DNA of 64,000 nucleotides from Myxococcota bacterium (GCA_965226855.1 CBDDEE010000024.1:8971-72970); one strand, 5' to 3'; positions 27,173 to 37,393 are shown, counted from the stretch's first letter. Numbers and translations: made by a program. The notes: generated by a model not told the origin, from the letters alone.

Positions 27173-28722
27173 GCGAGCAGCTCGCCCTGCTCCCGGGCTA
27201 CCTCACGGCGCACCTGCAGCTCTCGCTGCTCGCACTGCTCTTCGGAACGCTGATCAGCATGCCGCTCGGGATCTGGATCACTCGGCGACCATCGCTCGCC
27301 CAGGGCGTCCTCGCGACCGTGGGCGTGGTCCAGACGATTCCCAGCCTCGCCCTGCTCGCGCTCATGGTCCCCGCCCTCGCCGCGCTCAGCGCTCTCACGA
27401 CGTCGTCGTTCGGCTTCGAGCTCCGGAGCATCGGCTTCCTGCCCGCACTGATCGCGCTCACCCTCTACAGCATGCTGCCGATCGTCCAAACGACCGTGGC
27501 GGGGATCAACGGGGTGGATCCGGCGCTCTCAGAAGCCGCGCTCGGCGTGGGGATGACGGAGCGGCAGAAGCTCTTGCGCGTCGAGCTTCCACTCGCCCTG
27601 CCGGTCATGGTGGCGGGAGTTCGCACGGCGACGGTGTGGGTCGTCGGAACGGCGACGCTCTCGACTACCGTGGGCGCGACCAGCCTTGGCAACTACATCT
27701 TCAGCGGGCTGCAGACTCGCAACCTGAGCGCGGTGCTGGTCGGCTGCGTAGCGGCCGCGGGCCTGGCGGTTCTGCTCGACCAGGTCATCCGCACGCTCGA
27801 GCTCGGCGTGCGGGCGCGCCGGCGTGGATTGCTCGCGCTGGCTGCAAGCGTCATGGGCGCGCTCTACGTGTTTACCGCGGGCTCCTTCGTCTGGGAGCGC
27901 ATGGGAGAGCCCGTTCGGCGCGTCGCGATAGGATCGAAAACCTTCACCGAGCAGTACATCCTGAGCGAGTTCCTCTCGCTCTGGATCGAGAATGAGACCG
28001 GAAGACCGACGCGCGCCGTGCAGTCGCTCGGCTCCACGGTGCTCTTCGACGCGCTCAGAGCCGGCGACGTTGATCTCTACGTCGACTATTCCGGGACCAT
28101 TTGGGCCACGATCCTGGAGCGCGACGGCCTCGCCCGCAGCCGTGCCTCCGTTCTGCAGGAGGTGCGGGAGGCGCTGCCCGAGGAGTACGGTGTCGTCGTC
28201 GCCGCCGCGTTTGGCTTCGAGAACACGTATGCCTTGGCCATGCGCGAGGATCTCGCACTCGAGCTCGGCGTGCGTAGCATCAGCGACCTGGTCGCAGTCG
28301 CCGGATCGCTCGAGATTGGAGGCGATTACGAGTTCTTCGTGCGCCCCGAGTGGAAGGCCCTGCGGGACACGTACGGGCTCGGCTTTCGTGTACAGCGCAG
28401 CATGGACTCCTCGCTGATGTACCAGGCCGCGGCCTCCGGAGAGGTCGACGTGATCAGTGCGTTCTCGACGGACGGTCGCATCGCCGCCTTTGAGCTGCGC
28501 CTGCTCGAGGACGATCGAGGCGTCATTCCTCCCTACGATGCGATCGTGCTCGTCGGACCGCGCCTGGCGCGGGAAGCGCCAGACGTCGTCCGGGCGCTGC
28601 AGCGGCTGGAAGGCAGCCTCGACGAGAGCGCGATCCAGCGGCTGAACCTCGAGGTGGACGAGCGGGGGCGCGGTCCCGGAGAGGTGGCCCGGACGCTCTT
28701 CCTTGAGCTGCGTCCGGAGTGA
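27169..28722 (+). CDS. ABC transporter permease fused to a substrate-binding domain (OpuC/OpuB-like)
   Basis: The N-terminal half is polytopic membrane. The C-terminal half is a glycine-betaine-type binding domain (IGSKTFTEQYILSE...DLYVDYSGT). Confidence 0.8.
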   Translation: MSEQLALLPGYLTAHLQLSLLALLFGTLISMPLGIWITRRPSLAQGVLATVGVVQTIPSLALLALMVPALAALSALTTSSFGFELRSIGFLPALIALTLYSMLPIVQTTVAGINGVDPALSEAALGVGMTERQKLLRVELPLALPVMVAGVRTATVWVVGTATLSTTVGATSLGNYIFSGLQTRNLSAVLVGCVAAAGLAVLLDQVIRTLELGVRARRRGLLALAASVMGALYVFTAGSFVWERMGEPVRRVAIGSKTFTEQYILSEFLSLWIENETGRPTRAVQSLGSTVLFDALRAGDVDLYVDYSGTIWATILERDGLARSRASVLQEVREALPEEYGVVVAAAFGFENTYALAMREDLALELGVRSISDLVAVAGSLEIGGDYEFFVRPEWKALRDTYGLGFRVQRSMDSSLMYQAAASGEVDVISAFSTDGRIAAFELRLLEDDRGVIPPYDAIVLVGPRLAREAPDVVRALQRLEGSLDESAIQRLNLEVDERGRGPGEVARTLFLELRPE

Positions 28723-28726
28723 CCCC

Positions 28727-29905
28727 TCACTCCCGGAACGCGACCCGGTAAACCATCCCGGCGAAGTCGTCGGACACGTAGATCATGCCGTCCGGTCCTT
28801 GCGCCACGTCGACGGGGCGACCGATCACGTCTTCGTCTACCTCGAAGCCGACGAGGAAGTCGCGCTCACGGATCGATCCGTCCTCTGCCCAGTGGAGCGA
28901 GACGACCTTGTAGCCGTCCTTCTCGGTGCGGTTCCACGAGCCGTGCAGCGCCACCAGCGCTGAGCCGACCAGCTCGGGCGGTGTGGATTCCTCGCGCAGG
29001 AAGGCGATCCCTAGCGGTGCGGTATGCGCCGCGAACCCGTGCACGGGAGGAATGGAGCCCTCGATCCGTTCCTCGTTTCCCGCCCCCAGGTCGGGGTCCG
29101 GCACGCGGTCGCCGTTGGCGAAGGGCCAGCCGTAGAAGCCGCCACGCTCGACCCGATTGAGCTCGCAGGGCGGGAAGTTGTCACCGAGCAGATCGCGGCC
29201 GTTATCGGTCGCGAAGAGCTCTCCTGTGCCGGGGCGCCAGTCGAAGCCCACGGCGTTGCGAAGTCCCGTGGCGTAGAGCTCCGGCTCGCTGCCGTCGGCC
29301 TGGAAGCGGAGGATCGCCGCACGCCGGGGGTCGCGCTCCTCGCACACGTTGCAGCTCGATCCGACGGAGACGTAGAGCATGCCGTCGGGTCCAATGCGGA
29401 CGGTGCGCGACCAGTGGTTTCCGCCGGAGGGAAGCCCGGTAGCGATCCGCTCGTACTCTCCAAGGAGGCGGCGCGCGGCGGCATCGAAACGGACCCGGCC
29501 GATCGCGTCCATCTCCGCGATGTAGAGCCAGCCGTCGTGGAGCTCCAGGCCGTGGGGCCGGTTCAAATCGCCGATCAGGACTCGCGTCCCATCCGCGCGA
29601 CCGTCGGCGTTCGCGTCGCGCTCGAGCAACGAGACGTGACCTGCGCGGGGCTGGCTCACGAGCAAGTCCCCCGTCGGTGTGAAACGCAGGAAGCGGGCGT
29701 TCGGAAGCCCGCTCGCATACTCGGCAACGGAGAAGCCCTCCGGCACCACGAGCCGGCTCTGGATGACGTCGGCCTCGGGTGGGGCCGCGCCCCGCAGCAT
29801 CTGTAGGATCGGGGCGTTCACCGCGTAGCGCTCGGGCAAGAGCACATTGCAGGCCCCAACGCCGGCCGCAAGGAGGACGACGAGAGAGAGGAGGATTCGC
29901 ATCAT
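28727..29905 (-). CDS. PQQ-dependent sugar (glucose/sorbosone) dehydrogenase, secreted
   Basis: Signal peptide MMRILLSLVVLLAAGVGA. Beta-propeller motifs GLRNAVGFDW, GRDLLGDNFPPCELN and GFYGWP. ATGA overlap with the upstream gene. Confidence 0.8.
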   Translation of the reverse strand: MMRILLSLVVLLAAGVGACNVLLPERYAVNAPILQMLRGAAPPEADVIQSRLVVPEGFSVAEYASGLPNARFLRFTPTGDLLVSQPRAGHVSLLERDANADGRADGTRVLIGDLNRPHGLELHDGWLYIAEMDAIGRVRFDAAARRLLGEYERIATGLPSGGNHWSRTVRIGPDGMLYVSVGSSCNVCEERDPRRAAILRFQADGSEPELYATGLRNAVGFDWRPGTGELFATDNGRDLLGDNFPPCELNRVERGGFYGWPFANGDRVPDPDLGAGNEERIEGSIPPVHGFAAHTAPLGIAFLREESTPPELVGSALVALHGSWNRTEKDGYKVVSLHWAEDGSIRERDFLVGFEVDEDVIGRPVDVAQGPDGMIYVSDDFAGMVYRVAFRE

Positions 29906-31062
29906 GGCTCTGCGACGCGAGGCAGCACCTTCGAGTAGAAGCTCTCGATAGAGTGCATCAGGTCCGCGTGCGGTATGCAGGAGTTGTACTGCCACGCGAA
30001 GAGCCACTTGGCCGGGAGACGCTCGAGCAGTCGCTCGAGCTGGCGGGTCACGGTGTCTGCGGAGCCGACCAGCGCGAGCCCTTCCCGGAACAGGTCGGGA
30101 CGCTCGCCCGTTGCGGGATCCACGAGCCCGCGCGAGAAGCCGAAGGGCTCGAACCACGCTGCTCCCACGAAGGCGGCGCTGTTCGACCAGAGGCGCTGCG
30201 CCTCCTCGTCGCTGTCGGCCACGATGACGTCGCGGAGCACCCCCACGCCCTCTCCGATGGCACGCCCGGACGCCTCGGCGTAGAGCTCGAACAGGTGACG
30301 CTCCAGGCTCGGGTGGAGGGGGGGCAGGATCGCGGTGACGCCCTCCTCGGCGCACCAGCGGATGCTCCGCTCCGAGGAGGCGAAGGGCTGGAACAGCGGC
30401 GGGTGCGGCTTTTGAACGGGCTTCGGCACGACCCCGACCGCCTTCAGTAGGTTGCCCTCGACGCCGGCGCCGTGGCGCCGCGTGGACTCCATGTCCCAGG
30501 GGGTGTCGCCCGCAGGCACGCGCCAGTACTTTCCCTGGAACTCGAGCAGCTCGTCCGTCCAGGCCTGCTTGATGATGCGGAAGCTCTCTTCGAAGGCCGC
30601 GCGGTTCGCCGCGTCGATCTCATCGTGCTCGTGGGGGAGGGCGCCGTGAATGCCGTGCATCTGCTGCGCCATGATGTCCACCCAGCGACGCTGGTAGCCG
30701 CGCGCGAAGCCCGCGCAGGCCCGTCCGCCCGTCATCCGGTCCAGCATGGCGATGTCCTCCGCAACACGGATCGGGTTGTTGGCAGGGAGAACGATCCCCA
30801 GCTGCCCAACACGCAGACGCTTCGTCTGCATGCCGATGAAGAGGTCGAGCATGACTGGGTTGTTCGAGAGCTCGAAGCCCTCGATGTGGAAGTGGTGCTC
30901 CGTAAAGCTGATGGAGTCGTAGCCGAGCTCGTCCGCGAGCACGGCCTGCTCGCTGATCTCGGCGAGCATTCGGTCGTAGAGCTCGCCCCGTGTACCGGCC
31001 ATGCCGGACTCGATCTCTGCGCGATTGCCGACGATCGGCAGGTAGAAGAGGGACGTTTTCAT
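29902..31062 (-). CDS. LLM-class flavin-dependent oxidoreductase (luciferase-like monooxygenase)
   Basis: MKTSLFYLPIVGNRAEI...SISFTEHHF...; 386 aa. Confidence 0.75.
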   Translation of the reverse strand: MKTSLFYLPIVGNRAEIESGMAGTRGELYDRMLAEISEQAVLADELGYDSISFTEHHFHIEGFELSNNPVMLDLFIGMQTKRLRVGQLGIVLPANNPIRVAEDIAMLDRMTGGRACAGFARGYQRRWVDIMAQQMHGIHGALPHEHDEIDAANRAAFEESFRIIKQAWTDELLEFQGKYWRVPAGDTPWDMESTRRHGAGVEGNLLKAVGVVPKPVQKPHPPLFQPFASSERSIRWCAEEGVTAILPPLHPSLERHLFELYAEASGRAIGEGVGVLRDVIVADSDEEAQRLWSNSAAFVGAAWFEPFGFSRGLVDPATGERPDLFREGLALVGSADTVTRQLERLLERLPAKWLFAWQYNSCIPHADLMHSIESFYSKVLPRVAEP

Positions 31063-31084
31063 GGCGCCTGATCGTATGCCAGGC

Positions 31085-31828
31085 TCAGGCCATGGTCAGG
31101 CCGCCGCTCACGGACAAGGTCTGTCCCGTGATGAAGCCGGCGGCCTCTGAGGCCAGAAAGGCAACGGCGGGCGCGATGTCGTCTGCGGTGCCGAGCCGCT
31201 TCATCGGGACGCTGCGCTCCATTGCGGCGATCACGCGGTCGGAGTCCGGGTTGGCCTGAATGATCTGGTCGAGCAGCGGCGTCTGGGTCGGACCGGGACA
31301 GACCGAGTTCGCAGTGACACCGCGGCGTGCAGACTCGCGGGCGATCGTTTTGGTGAAGGCGATCAGCCCGCCTTTCGCTGCGGAGTAGACCGCCTCGAGC
31401 GACGAGCCCACGCGCCCAGCGTCCGACGCGATGTTCACGATGCGGCCACGACCGCGCCCGAGCATGCCGGGGAGCACCTGGCGTGTCACGCGGATCGGGC
31501 CCTCGAGGTTGATCCCGAGCACGCGACGCGTGAACTCCTCATCCGTCTCAACGAAGGGCTTGAGCTCGTCCCAGCCCGCGCAGTTGACGCAGACGTCTAC
31601 CTGGCCGAGGCGCTCCTCGGTCTCCTGTACGGCGGCAACCACGGAGGCGGGGTCCGTGACGTCGAGCACTATCGCGAGACCGTCGATCTCTTTGGCCATT
31701 ACTTCGCCGGCCGCCGACGACAGGTCCGCGACTGCCACTCGTGTGCCGTCCGCAGCGAGAGCGCGGCAGATCGCGCCTCCGATCCCGCCCGCGCCGCCAG
31801 TCACGAATGCCACCCTCGAATCGCTCAT
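31085..31828 (-). CDS. SDR-family oxidoreductase
   Basis: VAFVTGGAGGIGGAI (TGxxxGxG) and YSAAKGG (YxxxK). Start at ATG 31828 with a GGAGGG RBS. Confidence 0.85.
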   Translation of the reverse strand: MSDSRVAFVTGGAGGIGGAICRALAADGTRVAVADLSSAAGEVMAKEIDGLAIVLDVTDPASVVAAVQETEERLGQVDVCVNCAGWDELKPFVETDEEFTRRVLGINLEGPIRVTRQVLPGMLGRGRGRIVNIASDAGRVGSSLEAVYSAAKGGLIAFTKTIARESARRGVTANSVCPGPTQTPLLDQIIQANPDSDRVIAAMERSVPMKRLGTADDIAPAVAFLASEAAGFITGQTLSVSGGLTMA

Positions 31829-31911
31829 GTTTCTTCCCTCCGGACCACACACTATACTGGCATAGGCCGGAGACGGTACGCGTGCGCCAGGGAAGATTGG
31901 AGAGGGTAGAC

Positions 31912-32607
31912 GTGACGAAGAGACTCGGAGCAGTGTTGGCAATGTTCGTTCTCCTACCGGGCTTTGCGCTCGCGGCGGGCGGCGGCGGCATGGGCGGTGG
32001 CGGCATGGGCGGGTCGTCGATGCGCGACCCCTCGCCTCGCCGCACGCCCGAGGAGATCGCGCAGTCCCGCTACAACGCTGGACTGAAGAAGCGCGACAAG
32101 GCTTGGAGATACGAGGCCAAAGGCGCGAAAGCCGATTCCGAGAAGAAACGAGGCAAGCTCGAGGCCAAGGCACAGAAGCAGTACAGAAAGGCGATCAAGA
32201 ACTTTCGGCGCGCCGTGGAGAAGAACCCGCTCCTCTATCAGGCCCACAGCAGTCTGGGCTACGCGCTCCGCCGCACCGGAGAGTACGAGGCGGCCCTCCA
32301 AGCTTACGACGAGGCGCTGCGACTGCAGCCGGCCTACGCGGAGGCGATCGAATACCGCGCCGAAGCCTACCTCGGCCTGAACCGGCTCGATCAGGTGAAG
32401 GCGGCTTACGTGCAGCTGTTCGGCCTGGATCGCGCCCGCGCCGACGAGCTGATGCCGGCAATGCAAGCCTTCCTGGAGCAGCGAGAGCGCGAGCAGGATG
32501 GACTGGCGCGCGAGACTCTGGCGGAGTTCGCCACCTGGGTCCGAGAACGTCGCGAGATCGCTCAGCAGACCGCACGTCTCTCGGAGGCGGAAGCCGGCCG
32601 CTGGTAG
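31912..32607 (+). CDS. secreted TPR-repeat protein
   Basis: GTG start after GGAGAGGG. Signal peptide [17 protein letters not shown], a Gly/Met-rich stretch, then TPR-like repeats ([37 protein letters not shown]). Confidence 0.65.
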   Translation: MTKRLGAVLAMFVLLPGFALAAGGGGMGGGGMGGSSMRDPSPRRTPEEIAQSRYNAGLKKRDKAWRYEAKGAKADSEKKRGKLEAKAQKQYRKAIKNFRRAVEKNPLLYQAHSSLGYALRRTGEYEAALQAYDEALRLQPAYAEAIEYRAEAYLGLNRLDQVKAAYVQLFGLDRARADELMPAMQAFLEQREREQDGLARETLAEFATWVRERREIAQQTARLSEAEAGRW

Positions 32608-33742
32608 GAGCGCGCGCTCTCCTCGCCTGCTGCGCACTGTCCGGGGCCAGCCTCTTCGCGTGCGGGCAGCGCGCTGCGCCGCATGAGCCGCCGGCTCCTG
32701 AAGCGTTCGAGTGGTCGCTGCCTCCTGGCTTCCCGACGCCGGCCGTGCCCTCGGGGAATCCCATGTCGGCTGCAAAGGTCGAGCTGGGGCGACACCTCTT
32801 CTACGAGCTCCGGCTGTCGGGCAATGCGAGCGTCTCCTGCGCGTCATGCCACCGACAGGAGCTCGCCTTTACCGACGGGCTACCGCGCGCTCTCGGGTCA
32901 ACCGGCGAGCTGCATCCGCGCAGCTCGATGACACTGACCAATGTCGCCTACAACGCGACCTTTACGTGGGCAACCCGAACCTCGAGAGCCTCGAGGATCA
33001 GATCCGCATCCCCCTTCTGAACGAGAATCCGATCGAGCTCGGAGTTGCGGGGAACGAGCACCTCGTGCTGGCCCAGCTGCGGGATGCGCCTGGCTACGAG
33101 GAACTCTTTCGCGCTGCTTTTTCGGAGGTCGCCGATCCGATCGCAATCGACAACGTCATCAAGGCGCTCGCGAGCTTCTCCCGTATCCTGATCTCGGGCA
33201 ACTCGGCGTACGATCGCCTCGTGTACTTCGACGAGAGCGAGGGTCTCTCGGCACCCGCCCGGCGTGGCATGCGTCTGTTTTTCTCCGAGCGGACGGGGTG
33301 CTCGAAGTGCCACGAGGGCTTCAATTTCTCGGGGCCGGTGCGGTACCGCGGAGCCGCCACACCCGGCGCCTTCCACAACACCGGCCTGTACAACCTGGCG
33401 GGGCGGGGGCTCTATCCCCCTCTCAATCCCGGTCTGCGGGCGTTCAGCGGACAGCCCGCGGACACGGGCCGCTTTCGTGCGCCGACGCTCCGCAACGTCG
33501 GGCTCACGGCTCCCTACATGCACGACGGCAGCATCGCGACGCTAGAAGAGGTGATCGACCACTACGCGGCGGGAGGCCGGGGAACCGGTGCAGCTCGGGG
33601 GACGCCGAAACCGTACACGAGCCCGCTCATCCGCCGCTTCGTGGCGAACGAGCAGGAGCGAGCCGACCTCGTCCATTTCTTGCATAGCCTGACCGACCAG
33701 AGCTTCGTCCGGGACACGCGTTTTGCGAGTCCGTTCGAGTGA
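32601..33742 (+). CDS. di-haem cytochrome c peroxidase (CCP/MauG family) lipoprotein; apparent 1-nt frameshift near 32968-32970; start codon unclear
   Basis: Frame A: ...[17 protein letters not shown]...[15 protein letters not shown]...[10 protein letters not shown]. Frame B: [24 protein letters not shown]...[12 protein letters not shown]...[18 protein letters not shown]. There is no ATG/GTG/TTG upstream of the signal peptide in frame A. Confidence 0.7.
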
Positions 33743-33828
33743 ACCGAGCGTCCCGCTCTTGTTGTACTGAGGAGAACGTGGTTTGATCGCGTTCTCTGAG
33801 CGACCTCACCGTCGACTTTTACTGGGAC

Positions 33829-34410
33829 GTGGGCAGCACGAACACCTACTTCGCGGTGTTCCTGCTTCCCGCTGTCCTCGAGCGCACGGGCGGGCGGGCG
33901 AACTTCGTGCCGTTCAATCTCGGCTACGTGTTCCGCAAGCACGGCTACGCGCTCGGGCAGGAGTCCCGCACGAAGATGCGGCAGCGCCGTCGCGACTTGG
34001 AGCGCTGGGCGGAGTACACCGGCTTGCCCTTCCGCGTTCCCGCGCAGTTCCCCATCAAGACGAGCCGTGCCCTGCGTGGTGCGATCGCCATGCGCCGCTG
34101 GGGTCAGGAAGAGTCCTACATCCGCGCCATCTTCCGCTCCTACTGGGAGCGCGGCGTGAACGTCGCCGACTACGACGCGCTGCGACCGATCGCGGCGGAG
34201 CTCGGCGTGGATCCCGACGAGTTCGAGAAAGAGAGCGAGAGTGAGCCGGCGCGTCAGGAGCTCATCCGCGCCACGAGCGAGGGCCTCGAGCGCGGCGTCT
34301 TCGGAGCGCCGACCTTTTGCGTTGGCGACGAGCTGTTCTGGGGGAAGGATCGACTCGACTTTCTGGAACGGGAGCTCGTGCGGCAGGCCGAATCCGACCA
34401 GAACGGCTGA
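33829..34410 (+). CDS. 2-hydroxychromene-2-carboxylate isomerase / DsbA-like thioredoxin-fold protein (the true start is probably upstream of 33829)
   Basis: ...DFYWDVGSTNTYF...GVFGAPTFCVGDELFWGKDRLDFLE. The conserved first strand (LTVDFYWD) lies upstream of the first GTG. Confidence 0.7.
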   Translation: MGSTNTYFAVFLLPAVLERTGGRANFVPFNLGYVFRKHGYALGQESRTKMRQRRRDLERWAEYTGLPFRVPAQFPIKTSRALRGAIAMRRWGQEESYIRAIFRSYWERGVNVADYDALRPIAAELGVDPDEFEKESESEPARQELIRATSEGLERGVFGAPTFCVGDELFWGKDRLDFLERELVRQAESDQNG

Positions 34411-34418
34411 GGCGGTTG

Positions 34419-36365
34419 CTACTCGGCGGGAATTCGCTCGCGGTGCACCGAGAGCAGCCGCGGTATTGTCGCCAGTGCCGCGGCCACGAGCACGCCCTGC
34501 AGCGCAAGACCTTCGAGTGTCCCGTGGATGCCGAGCCATTCCACTCTCAGGTCCGTGATGACGGTGGCCGGCAGCCAGTCGACCTCTTGAAGCGCGGCGA
34601 CGCCCTGTCCGGCCAGCACGACGGCCAGGGTATACAGCAGGGCCGAGCTCAGCCCGAAGAACGCGCGCATCGGCAGTCGCAGGCCAAAACGGAGGATTAG
34701 TGTGGCCAGCAGCGCGAGCAGCGCTGCACCCGCGACGATCCCGAGCAGCAGGGGTCGCAGCCCACCTGGTCCCGCTTGTGCGGACAGCGCCTGGAAGAAG
34801 AGCACCGTCTCGAGCAGCTCGCGATAGACCGCGACGAAACTGACTGCGGTTAGCGCCCAGAAGTTGCCGCGTCCGAGAGCGGTCGAGAGCCTGTCGTGGA
34901 GGAACGTCTGCCATCGCTCCGTCGCCAGGTTGGAGACGAACCAGTAGCTGACGTAGAAAAGGATAGCGGTTGCGATCAAGGAGCTGATGCCCTCGATCAC
35001 CTCGCGCTGCGCGCCAGTTACGCGCACCAGCCCCTGAGCCGCGTACCAGGTCGCGGCCCCGGCGACGAGCGCAGCCACCCAGCCGCGATGGACCCAGCGC
35101 AGCGCGTCGCGGCGGTTTGCCCGCACCAGCACGCCGATGAGCGCGACGACGACGAGCACGGCTTCGAGGCCTTCGCGGGCCACGATCGCGAGCGCGCCCG
35201 TGAAGATCGCTGCCGGGCCGAGGTCGCCCTTCGCAAGACGCCTCTCGACGGCGTCGAGCAGTCCACTAAGTGCAGCGTAGACGGGCTCCAGCTCGGCCCG
35301 CGACGCGCCCGCCCGGATCAGAGCGCGATAGCGCATGAAGTCCTGCTCCACGGAGATGCGGAGCTCGCGGTCCAGCGCGTTGAGGCTGGGCTCGAGCGGC
35401 TCGAAGTCTTCGATGTATCCGGCTACCGCGAGATCGATCGCCAGCCGCGAATCGCCGTTTGTGTAGGCGCCCCAGGACTCGTCGAGTCGACGCTTTGCGC
35501 GCTGCACTGGCCCGCTGGCGTGCTGCAGAAACTCTGGATGGACGCGCACGAAGGCGACGACTGCGCGGCCGTCCTTGTCTTGCGCGAGCTCGCCCGCGGG
35601 CGTCTGCACGAGGGACGCCAGGTCCGGCACCCGATCCGACACGCGTTGGGGCTCCCGTTCCGCCAGTGCCCGACCCCGTTCCACGAGCGCCGGATCGAAG
35701 GCTAGGGAGCCCACGTAGAAGGCCAGGTCGTGTCGGCCGGCCTCGTCGAAGGCATCGGCATAGCTGACCATCCCGGTTCCCGCGATCCCGAAGCTGATCG
35801 TACTGTACAGCGCGAGTGGGCTCAGCAGGAGCGCGCGGTCGAGATCGGTGAAGTCCGTGGGTGGCGGCTCCAGACCGAGCCCTGCCGGTCCGTCACCGCG
35901 ACCCAGCGGCCCGTGACAGGATCCACATATCTGTGTGTAGAGATGTGCACCCCGCTCCAGGTCCGGCGTACGCGGCGGAAGCGCCCGAACTGCAAAGCGC
36001 TCCCGAATGGCTCGGGAAAGCGCGCGCGAGTGGGTTGCGATCTCCGGGGCGGGCTGGCGCTTGCGGATGGCATCGAGAAGGCTAGCCAGCTGCTCGCGCA
36101 GCGGATCGCTCTCGACGAGGCCCAATCGCGCGAGCTGCTCGCCGACGGTGCCCGCGAACTCGAGCTGCTCCCGGTACTCGAGGTCGCTGATCACATCCCC
36201 ATCCCGCACTGCCTCGGGGTAGTCGATGGCGATGTAGTCGAGCAGGTGGCTCGCCCGGCGGGCGGACTCTTCCTCTCCCACAGCCCGGGCGGGGCCTGCC
36301 GCCCCCAGGAGTACCCCTGAGGTCAGGACCAACGCCATCGCCCATCTCGCCACCATCGGGACCAT
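34419..36365 (-). CDS. cytochrome c domain fused to an FTR1/EfeU-family iron permease
   Basis: CGSCHGPLGRGDG (CxxCH). REGLEAVLVV (REXXE) followed by multiple TM helices. Signal peptide at the N-terminus. Confidence 0.8.
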   Translation of the reverse strand: MVPMVARWAMALVLTSGVLLGAAGPARAVGEEESARRASHLLDYIAIDYPEAVRDGDVISDLEYREQLEFAGTVGEQLARLGLVESDPLREQLASLLDAIRKRQPAPEIATHSRALSRAIRERFAVRALPPRTPDLERGAHLYTQICGSCHGPLGRGDGPAGLGLEPPPTDFTDLDRALLLSPLALYSTISFGIAGTGMVSYADAFDEAGRHDLAFYVGSLAFDPALVERGRALAEREPQRVSDRVPDLASLVQTPAGELAQDKDGRAVVAFVRVHPEFLQHASGPVQRAKRRLDESWGAYTNGDSRLAIDLAVAGYIEDFEPLEPSLNALDRELRISVEQDFMRYRALIRAGASRAELEPVYAALSGLLDAVERRLAKGDLGPAAIFTGALAIVAREGLEAVLVVVALIGVLVRANRRDALRWVHRGWVAALVAGAATWYAAQGLVRVTGAQREVIEGISSLIATAILFYVSYWFVSNLATERWQTFLHDRLSTALGRGNFWALTAVSFVAVYRELLETVLFFQALSAQAGPGGLRPLLLGIVAGAALLALLATLILRFGLRLPMRAFFGLSSALLYTLAVVLAGQGVAALQEVDWLPATVITDLRVEWLGIHGTLEGLALQGVLVAAALATIPRLLSVHRERIPAE

Positions 36366-36366
36366 C

Positions 36367-36387
36367 TCTAATGATAACGATTATCAA
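36367..36387. promoter_or_regulatory. Fur-box-like operator immediately upstream of the iron permease gene
   Basis: tctaatgataacgattatc matches GATAATGATAATCATTATC at 15 of 19 positions (own alignment). It contains the TGATAA-N3-TTATCA palindrome and is an AT-rich island in GC-rich DNA. Confidence 0.6.
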
Positions 36388-36468
36388 TTCCGGCACGAGC
36401 TGGCCACGTAGAGTCCTGCTCGCACGTCGGAGGCGCCCCTACGGTCTGCTGTAGTCTTCATCAGCACG

Positions 36469-37365
36469 ATGCGTCCTGGAGTCCGCGCGCGATCGTTGAT
36501 TCTGATCTCGGCATTCCTGTTCTCCACCGGCGGCGCGGCCATCAAGGCGACCAGCCTCGACAATTGGCAGGTCGCGGGCTTTCGCTCGGGCGTGGCAGCG
36601 CTGGCTCTCTGGCTGCTCTTTCCGGCGTGGCGACGCTTCTGGCAACCGCGCACGCTGCTGGTGGGAGGCGCCTATGCGGCGACACTCATCCTGTACGTCA
36701 CGGCGAACAAGCTCACGACGGCCGCGAACGCGATCTTCCTCCAGTCCAGCGCGCCGCTCTGGGTGTTGCTGCTCGGACCGCGGCTCCTCGGCGAGAGGGC
36801 GCGGCCTACGGACTTCGGTTGGATGGTTGCGTTCCTCGTCGGGATGGGGTTGTTCTTCGCGGGCACAGGTCGGCCGCTGGCGAGCGCACCAGATCCTCTC
36901 CTCGGCGACCTGATAGCAGCCGGGAGCGGCGTCGTCTGGGGGCTGACGCTGCTCGGACTGCGCAAGCTTGCCCGCGACGATGGGCAGCGCGGGACTTCGA
37001 CGGTGGGCGCGTCCGTGGTCGCGGGCAACCTGATCGCGTTGCTCGTGTGTCTACCCTTCGCGCTGCCAGTCGCTCCGAGTACGACCACGGATTGGACAGT
37101 GATCGCCTACCTGGGTCTCTTCCAGATCGGACTCGCCTACGTCTGCATGACCCACGGCGTGCGCGAGGTCCGCGCCCTCGAGGTCTCCCTGCTGCTCCTG
37201 CTGGAGCCCGTCCTCAATGCCTGCTGGGCGTGGGCGATCCACGCCGAGGCTCTTGGTGCATGGGCCGTCGCTGGCTGTGTCGTGATCCTGGCTGCGAGCG
37301 CCGGCATGGCGCTGCTCCGAGCCGACGAAGCGTCCCCCCCCAACCCGTCGCGTAGTCTGAACTAA
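36469..37365 (+). CDS. EamA/DMT-family transporter
   Basis: About ten hydrophobic helices with a duplicated EamA-like architecture. Confidence 0.75.
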   Translation: MRPGVRARSLILISAFLFSTGGAAIKATSLDNWQVAGFRSGVAALALWLLFPAWRRFWQPRTLLVGGAYAATLILYVTANKLTTAANAIFLQSSAPLWVLLLGPRLLGERARPTDFGWMVAFLVGMGLFFAGTGRPLASAPDPLLGDLIAAGSGVVWGLTLLGLRKLARDDGQRGTSTVGASVVAGNLIALLVCLPFALPVAPSTTTDWTVIAYLGLFQIGLAYVCMTHGVREVRALEVSLLLLLEPVLNACWAWAIHAEALGAWAVAGCVVILAASAGMALLRADEASPPNPSRSLN

Positions 37366-37393
37366 AGTTCGGACTACAGGGGTCACGCTGGCA

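Noticed and set aside
33784-33786. A Sec-encoding TGA extending the DsbA-like ORF upstream.
   Set aside because: The upstream in-frame sequence (…CCTEENVV) is not coding-like and overlaps the end of the peroxidase gene region. There is no CxxU context.
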